64,000 nucleotides of DNA, taken from positions 4,028 to 68,027 of the forward strand of contig JAGXBC010000004.1 of the NCBI GenBank assembly GCA_018971305.1, given 5' to 3'. Source of the DNA: Patescibacteria group bacterium. Lineage in GTDB: Bacteria > Patescibacteriota > Minisyncoccia > UBA6257 > 2-01-FULL-56-20. Position numbers and translations under genes: made by a program. This document shows positions 58,355 to 64,000 of this stretch, in pieces (position 1 is the first letter of the stretch; every line of letters begins with the position of its first letter). The notes under the pieces were generated by a model. It ran no database searches and was not told the origin of the DNA. It saw only the letters and a program-made list of their open reading frames with translations.

Positions 58355-58765
58355 TTAAACGTTCAAGGAGTAATCGTAAATTTTAGCGTGGAGAATGCCC
58401 CTGCTCAGCGCGAAGAGAATGGGATTAAAAATCCGGTTAATAAAGATCTGATTTTTGTTGTACAAGAAAACTTTTTCCTCACGGTGATCATCCCTATCAA
58501 GTTTTCTGGAAACATTAGAAAACAAGAAGGTGAATAACAAAAGCAGTGGGATGACATTTGGTATAACGGCAGCAGAAAGCAATCCCCATGCACTAAGATG
58601 TTCCATAATATTCATGCGACAAATCGAAGCGGTGCCGTTCATTAATGGGCAAGAAGCCATATTGCCATGACTATCCATATTCATCGAAACAGTCAAACCG
58701 AATACTGCCATAGCTGTAAACAGAATGAAGATTACTAAAGTAAGCTTTGTATTCAAAATAGGCAT
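58355..58765 (-). CDS. Cys/Met/His membrane protein heading the copper operon (possible leader ORF)
   Basis: Signal/TM, MNMDSHGNMASCPLM..ICRM..EHL, C-terminal SRGILHAKIY. Confidence 0.72.
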   Translation of the reverse strand: MPILNTKLTLVIFILFTAMAVFGLTVSMNMDSHGNMASCPLMNGTASICRMNIMEHLSAWGLLSAAVIPNVIPLLLLFTFLFSNVSRKLDRDDHREEKVFLYNKNQIFINRIFNPILFALSRGILHAKIYDYSLNV

Positions 58766-58809
58766 AGTTCTATTTTAGCACCGAAGATAAAGTTTCTCAA
58801 TTTCTCTAT

Positions 58810-59214
58810 TCACCAGATCTTCACGCGCTCCTGCGGCTCGCGCCATAACTTGTCTCCCGGCTTACAGTCGCTCACTTGCGCCAATTTTTCTAAGCTTTGT
58901 TCACCAACAAGCTTGGTGCCATCGACCAAAATCCACGTCGGAGTGCCCTCAACTCCGGCATCAGTGCATTTCTGCGGCTCGTCCGCGCATTCCACATAGG
59001 GAACGTACTTGAACGAATCACCGAATTCGGCTTTTTGGCTTTGACAGTGCGAACACCAATATGCTCCGTACATCGTCACATTTTTCTGTGCCAGACATTT
59101 GGCGAAGTCGTCCAGATTCTTAGTTGCTCCTTCGCGCGGATAGAATTCTAAGAACGCCGCTACCACAATTATCGCGACAACAATAATTACGATTATTTTA
59201 TGATTTTTTTTCAT
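58810..59214 (-). CDS. Thioredoxin-like protein with M13-peptidase-derived C-terminus
   Basis: MYGAYWCSHC, YVEC, GTPTW; ends DCKPGDKLWREPQERVKIW. Confidence 0.85.
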   Translation of the reverse strand: MKKNHKIIVIIVVAIIVVAAFLEFYPREGATKNLDDFAKCLAQKNVTMYGAYWCSHCQSQKAEFGDSFKYVPYVECADEPQKCTDAGVEGTPTWILVDGTKLVGEQSLEKLAQVSDCKPGDKLWREPQERVKIW

Positions 59215-59247
59215 TGATTTTATTCTTATCACCCCTCTCCCTCTACA

Positions 59248-59400
59248 GCGACTGGCTTGTTTCGTAAGGCAGTTCCCGCAAGCGATAAAAGCTTGGTGTC
59301 CTCCGCCAATTGGCGGAGGACTTTTATTGCCGAGGGTGCAGGCGGTCGTATGCCGCTGGAGCATACGAACCGCCGGTGCCGAGCGAAATATGCCGGTCGC
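59248..59400. repeat. Multi-branch fold-back element with nested 24-bp palindrome
   Basis: Outer gcgactggcttgtttcg/cgaaatatgccggtcgc; perfect gtcctccgccaattggcggaggac at 59298-59321. Confidence 0.65.
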
Positions 59401-59403
59401 AAC

Positions 59404-59898
59404 TTATTCATCGCAACAATCAACTAATTTATCCACGATGTCGTTAAGCGACCAAGGCTTATCTTCGGCCGCTATTTCTTTCAGACCATTCGCGGTTATC
59501 AACTTTAAACGCAAGGCCCAAAAGAGAGAATAGATCTTGTAGCCGTAATCAAACGTTTCCTTGGCTTCTTTTGTTTTGCCGTCGGAATGAAGCTTTGTAC
59601 CCACCTCAATGAGCCGCATGGTCGTAGCCAAGAGGTGCTTGGAAACGCACCATGTCTCCCCTTCGTGCTTCGGTATCATCCGGCCAAGCAGATTTTTCCG
59701 AACTTCCCGTACCTCCTTAAGCAAGTCGAAATATTCCGGCTTGCCGGTTTTTTCGGCGCTAAAGTAGAAATGCTCTTCCAGGCTTATCAGGTTCATAACG
59801 GCCACGCTTAAATCTTCTTCTGTAGACAGATCAACAGTGCCCGACTTTTTCATCTCTTCCGCTTTTTTTATCAATTCCTGAAATTTTTTTTCGTCCAT
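59404..59898 (-). CDS. Hypothetical helical protein with Cys/His motifs
   Basis: NLISLEEH, WCVSKHLL, C-terminal DCCDE. Confidence 0.78.
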   Translation of the reverse strand: MDEKKFQELIKKAEEMKKSGTVDLSTEEDLSVAVMNLISLEEHFYFSAEKTGKPEYFDLLKEVREVRKNLLGRMIPKHEGETWCVSKHLLATTMRLIEVGTKLHSDGKTKEAKETFDYGYKIYSLFWALRLKLITANGLKEIAAEDKPWSLNDIVDKLVDCCDE

Positions 59899-59950
59899 GT
59901 TTTTATAAAGCGAAAATGATAAGGCCTAAAACGACCATTGCCACTCCGCT

Positions 59951-60688
59951 CTAAAAACGCATATTTCCCGTCTCCGACCTTTTCCAATCCTGAACTTTTT
60001 TTAGCAATCCCTGCTCACTCGCGACGAGAAGAATAATCGCCAGCGGCAAAATGAATATCATATTGTAGAGAAACAGATAGCCGAGCCCCGGCAGAAAAGT
60101 CTGCTGGTCATGCAATAATCCGAGAACCATTAGGTACGGCCCGCCCGTACAGGGAAATTCGCAGAGCCCCACAAGGCCACCCAAAAGAAATGCGGTTGGC
60201 ACGGAAGCTTTATTCATAAACTCAGCCATCTTCGCGTGGGCCGCGTGCGGTATCCGTAATTTAATCGGGAAAGCCGGGAAAAATTCGTTGATGAGATTGA
60301 TCCCTCCGAGCGCCATAAGCAAGATAGCTCCAACTTTTGCCATAAAGTGGGGCGTATTGAAGAGATGCAGAGCTTGAAGTATGCCAAGTCCGATAGCGAT
60401 GTATACTAGAAATATTCCAAGGACATACGCCCCGCCTATCTTCAAAATATCTCGTCTTGATTTTCCCAGACTGAACAGAAACGCGATAGTAAGAACGAGG
60501 ATGGAGAATGCACAAGGATTAATGCTGTCGGCCAAAGCAGCGACGAGAAGCACGGGCAGAAACCACTTGCCACTTTGGGAAATCTTCCAGAGAAAGTTCG
60601 CGCTCTGCTGCGAATTGAAGAATACGGCTAAGCCGATAACGGCAACAGCCACGACCACAAGCCAAAACAATCTTTTGTTTGATGTCAT
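59951..60688 (-). CDS. CcdA-like (cytochrome c biogenesis TM region) protein, probably truncated by a premature TAG
   Basis: DSINPCAF and CEFPCTGGPY; frame continues past TAG with a hydrophobic helix to TAA at 59903. Confidence 0.82.
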   Translation of the reverse strand: MTSNKRLFWLVVVAVAVIGLAVFFNSQQSANFLWKISQSGKWFLPVLLVAALADSINPCAFSILVLTIAFLFSLGKSRRDILKIGGAYVLGIFLVYIAIGLGILQALHLFNTPHFMAKVGAILLMALGGINLINEFFPAFPIKLRIPHAAHAKMAEFMNKASVPTAFLLGGLVGLCEFPCTGGPYLMVLGLLHDQQTFLPGLGYLFLYNMIFILPLAIILLVASEQGLLKKVQDWKRSETGNMRF

Positions 60689-60689
60689 G

Positions 60690-61193
60690 TTATGGAGTAA
60701 CTAACGCCTTGAAAGCGACTTGGAATTGACCTTTGTCGGTGTAAACCGTTACTTGCCTTTCTATGGCACCGATACCGGATGGACCATGGGCGGCAGGATC
60801 AAAAATAGTCCGCAAATTCATTTCTCCTCCCACGGGAACAACTTCGTTTATGGACGGAGCAAAACCCATTCCAGCCATTCCGAATGGACCGAATTCCTTG
60901 CCGCCAAAATTCAAGACCGCCTCTGTACACATGCAAGAAGTGTCTGCTCTGTTCACGGTTACAACGGAATCTCCGCTATTCGTGAAGCTGAAATCGTGTT
61001 CCACCTTGCCGTTCGCCATGGAAATAGTCCCGAAATCAAATTCCTGAACCGCCTGGCCGAAAACGGCGCTGGTTTCTCCGAGAAGAGACACCTTGCCGCT
61101 CACCGCAGGCGCATGGCTGCCCCAGAACAAAAGCAATCCGGCAACTACGGCAATTATCGTAACTAAAATAAAAGTTTTTTTGTTTTTAGACAT
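60690..61193 (-). CDS. DUF1573 domain protein
   Basis: FDFGTI...F.F.N.G...TSCMCT; FDPAAH. Confidence 0.85.
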   Translation of the reverse strand: MSKNKKTFILVTIIAVVAGLLLFWGSHAPAVSGKVSLLGETSAVFGQAVQEFDFGTISMANGKVEHDFSFTNSGDSVVTVNRADTSCMCTEAVLNFGGKEFGPFGMAGMGFAPSINEVVPVGGEMNLRTIFDPAAHGPSGIGAIERQVTVYTDKGQFQVAFKALVTP

Positions 61194-61288
61194 AGTTTAT
61201 GTTTTTTACGAAACCAAAAACAACCCCTTGAGGGTTGTTATCGGCGGCGAAATGCAGCCTGTCGAGTCAGGACTGCAAAAACACCGCC

Positions 61289-61690
61289 TTAGGCGAACGA
61301 GGGGCTATTTTCGTGAAAAGAAAGCCAGCGGATGAGCTGAAGTTTCACCGGAGGAATAAAGTCATAGAATGAAACCCCGGTCAGATGCGGCTTAGTTATA
61401 GGTAAGATTCCTCCGACGACACTATTGAGATCCAGAACAAAATATATTAGTAAAGACAACGCCACGATCATGGACCAGGAAACCAAAACTGCCAAAGAAA
61501 AATTCTTCAGGGCGTTGAAGTGGAAATTTATAAAATCGATCACGCTTGCTCCCAAAGGACACATTGCACCTTCCGAAGTGGAAGCAATACAGCCCATATG
61601 ATTGCTATTCATAAAAGCCACGCCGATAAATCCCAAAACGGCGATACTTATAAAACTTATAGCAATGTATATGGCAAGCGCTTTGTTCAT
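61289..61690 (-). CDS. Cys/Met/His membrane protein heading the redox operon (possible leader ORF)
   Basis: Signal/TM, MNSNHMGCIA..MCP..FH, C-terminal WLSFHENSP. Confidence 0.72.
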   Translation of the reverse strand: MNKALAIYIAISFISIAVLGFIGVAFMNSNHMGCIASTSEGAMCPLGASVIDFINFHFNALKNFSLAVLVSWSMIVALSLLIYFVLDLNSVVGGILPITKPHLTGVSFYDFIPPVKLQLIRWLSFHENSPSFA

Positions 61691-61747
61691 TTGAGATTAT
61701 TATACAATATTTTTCGTATAAAAACAAATGAGGGGGGGTATTTAATA

Positions 61748-63712
61748 TCACCAAATCTTTACCCGTTCCTCAGGATCCCGCCAAAGCTTATCCCCGGGAT
61801 TACAATCAAAAGCGTCGTAAAATTCCTGCATATTGGACATCGGTCCGTTCACGCGAAATTCCGAAGGTGAATGAGGGTTGGTCTGCAAGTGCAAGCGGGT
61901 AAGTTCGTCACGGACGTTCCTTTGCTCTGTTATGGCATAACCTATAAAAAATCTCTGCTCGGGAGAAAATCCGTCAATATTCTCTTCCACGGGAGTTTCG
62001 GCGAGTTTTAATTTCAAAGCGTCATAGGCGATAAGTAGTCCGCCGAGATCGGCGATATTTTCTCCCAAAGTCAGCTTGCCGTTAACGTGCATCCCCGGAA
62101 TCGGTTCGTATTCATCAAACTGCCCCGCCAGTTTAGCAGCCTCGGCTTCAAATTTATCTTTGTCTTCTTTCGTCCACCACTCGTTCAGATTTCCACGATT
62201 GTCAAAACGAGAACCTTGGTCGTCAAAGCCGTGCGTCAATTCATGTCCGATAACGCTGCCGATGCCACCGAAATTCACGGCATCGTCGGCGTTCGGGTCA
62301 AAAAACGGAGGCTGGAGAATTGCAGCCGGGAAAACAATATCGTTCAAAGACGCCTGATAATAGGCATTGACCATCTGCGGCGGCATGAACCATTCGTTGC
62401 GATTCACCGGACCACCGACCTCTTTGATTTTTCGGTCAAATTCAAAAACATCCGCGCGTATGACATTCCCCGCAAAAGAATCTGCGTTGATAGAAAGCGC
62501 AGAGTAATCTTTCCAGACATCGGGGTAGCCCAGCTTTTTGGAAACCGCCTGGAGTTTTTCCAGCGCTTTCTTTTTGGTTTTTTCGCTCATCCAGTCAAGT
62601 TTTTCTATGCGCACCGCATAGGCGGAGGCGAGATGCCCAACAAGATCCTTTATTTTCTTTTTCGCGTCCTCGTTGAAGTGGCGCTCCACATATAATTGCC
62701 CGACAAGCTCATCCAAAGCCGAGCTTGTGGCATTAAGCGCGCGCCGCCACAACGGTTTCATCTCGGTCTGCCCGGCGAACGTGCGTCCGTAAAATTCAAA
62801 GTGCCGGCGTTCCATATCTTCACCAAGATAAGAGTCCGTGCCGTTAAGAACGCGCCAACGAAGATATAACTTCAGGTCCTCCAGCGGCGTCTCAGCTAAA
62901 ATGGAATTAATTTCCAAGAGGAACTTCGGCTGACCGAGAAGAAGATATTCTGCCTTTGGATTATTTATTGACGGGAAATATGATGATAGCGGTATTTTCG
63001 GAGCCAATTGAGAGAATTCTTCTAGGGTTACCTTATTATAATTTTTTTCAACATCGCGGAGCTCAACAGGAGTGGAAGACGCCTTCGCCAGAAGCGTTTC
63101 CATATTCATTATCACGGAACATATGTCTTCACCGCTGGATGCCATATTTGCCAACGCTAAAATATCTTTCATGTAAGACAGATAATCCGTGCGAATCTTT
63201 AAGCTATTTTCATCATTATTCAAATAATAATCCCTGTCGGGCAGGCCCAATCCCCCTTGCCAAAAATGCAACGCCATCATTTCGCTATCGCGCTCATCCT
63301 GATCAATAAAAGGAATCCAAAAAGCGTTAATTCCTCGGCGATGAAGAAACCCGATTGCGCCGACAATGTCCTCGCGCTTTTTTATACCATCTATACCCTG
63401 GAAAAGTTCTGTAAGCGGAGACGCACCGGCGCGATTGCGGCTTTCAACGTCCGTAGCGCTCAGATAAAAATCGCGGATTTTCTGCTCTGCGCTTCCGGCA
63501 ACCAAATCTTTTTTCGCCACGACTTCTTCAAAAATATTTTTTAACTGCTGCTCAACGTTAAAACGCAGAACGTCGAACGACCCCCAGCTCGCCTCGTCCG
63601 GCGGTATCGGATTATTTTTCATCCAGCCGCCGTTAACGTAACGGAAAAAATCATCCGTAGGTTTTACGGATTTGTCGAAATTATTTTTGTCTATAGCTGA
63701 TGATAACGGCAT
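61748..63712 (-). CDS. pepO: M13 family (neprilysin-like) metallopeptidase
   Basis: VNAYY, HELTH, GENIAD, HSP..RVN. Confidence 0.94.
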   Translation of the reverse strand: MPLSSAIDKNNFDKSVKPTDDFFRYVNGGWMKNNPIPPDEASWGSFDVLRFNVEQQLKNIFEEVVAKKDLVAGSAEQKIRDFYLSATDVESRNRAGASPLTELFQGIDGIKKREDIVGAIGFLHRRGINAFWIPFIDQDERDSEMMALHFWQGGLGLPDRDYYLNNDENSLKIRTDYLSYMKDILALANMASSGEDICSVIMNMETLLAKASSTPVELRDVEKNYNKVTLEEFSQLAPKIPLSSYFPSINNPKAEYLLLGQPKFLLEINSILAETPLEDLKLYLRWRVLNGTDSYLGEDMERRHFEFYGRTFAGQTEMKPLWRRALNATSSALDELVGQLYVERHFNEDAKKKIKDLVGHLASAYAVRIEKLDWMSEKTKKKALEKLQAVSKKLGYPDVWKDYSALSINADSFAGNVIRADVFEFDRKIKEVGGPVNRNEWFMPPQMVNAYYQASLNDIVFPAAILQPPFFDPNADDAVNFGGIGSVIGHELTHGFDDQGSRFDNRGNLNEWWTKEDKDKFEAEAAKLAGQFDEYEPIPGMHVNGKLTLGENIADLGGLLIAYDALKLKLAETPVEENIDGFSPEQRFFIGYAITEQRNVRDELTRLHLQTNPHSPSEFRVNGPMSNMQEFYDAFDCNPGDKLWRDPEERVKIW

Positions 63713-63823
63713 ATGTAATAGAAAAACATTTTATTTTATATTTTGCAATAAAACGCAAAAATTGACCCACCTCTCTTATTCTGATAAATTAATAATAGAA
63801 ATTTTGCTTAAAGGAGGGTGCTT

Positions 63824-64000
63824 ATGTCGATTATAAGGATTGCGCTGAAACAAGAAGAAGGCATATCCAAGGACCCCGCTCGCGTACTTATTTACAAAGA
63901 TAACGAACTTCTGGCTGAGGTAATCGCAGAAATTGAACTAAAACGAGGAGCTGATAATGGATTTTATAATTGCGTCACGCTAAAGCCGACAATATCCGGC
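63824..64000 (+). CDS. Hypothetical protein (runs off window)
   Basis: TTGACC/TAAATT promoter, AAGGAGG SD, MSIIRIALKQ... open to edge. Confidence 0.6.
   Translation, partial: MSIIRIALKQEEGISKDPARVLIYKDNELLAEVIAEIELKRGADNGFYNCVTLKPTISG

Noticed and set aside
57568-58386. 272-aa plus-strand ORF
   Set aside because: Antisense to the well-supported DsbA gene.
1-64000. CRISPR array, rRNA or alternative genetic code
   Set aside because: No regularly spaced repeats or rRNA-like tracts seen; prfB is present and TGA and TAG end genes normally.

Overview
This looks like 64 kb of a Patescibacteria (CPR, Parcubacteria-like) chromosome. The call rests on CPR-type pilins, a type IV pilus locus, VLGAST surface-protein linkers, CPR-type palindromic repeats and standard genetic code. 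Most genes are on the minus strand. Core content: metK, an NRAMP transporter, pilB/pilC with pilins, the thiol-redox block ccdA-DipZ-like-msrA-msrB, ftsEX, frameshifted prfB, tRNA-Thr(CGT), lower-glycolysis genes (glycerate kinase, histidine phosphatase, ppsA, eno, D-hydroxyacid dehydrogenase), a copper/disulfide island and an M13 peptidase. Main observations: (1) a non-autonomous element with TCCCGTTAGA terminal inverted repeats and 4-bp target duplications inserted in frame at two gene starts; (2) a leader-peptide attenuator upstream of an ABC exporter; (3) a class of solo accessory genes with their own promoter and strong Shine-Dalgarno site, whereas core genes lack one, including Acidobacteria-like PEP-CTERM and VWFA genes, separated by G-rich repeats; (4) two Cys/His/Met leader ORFs plus terminators heading the copper/redox operons; (5) a possible SAM-lyase-fold gene next to metK. 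All family assignments are by eye from motifs; no searches were run.
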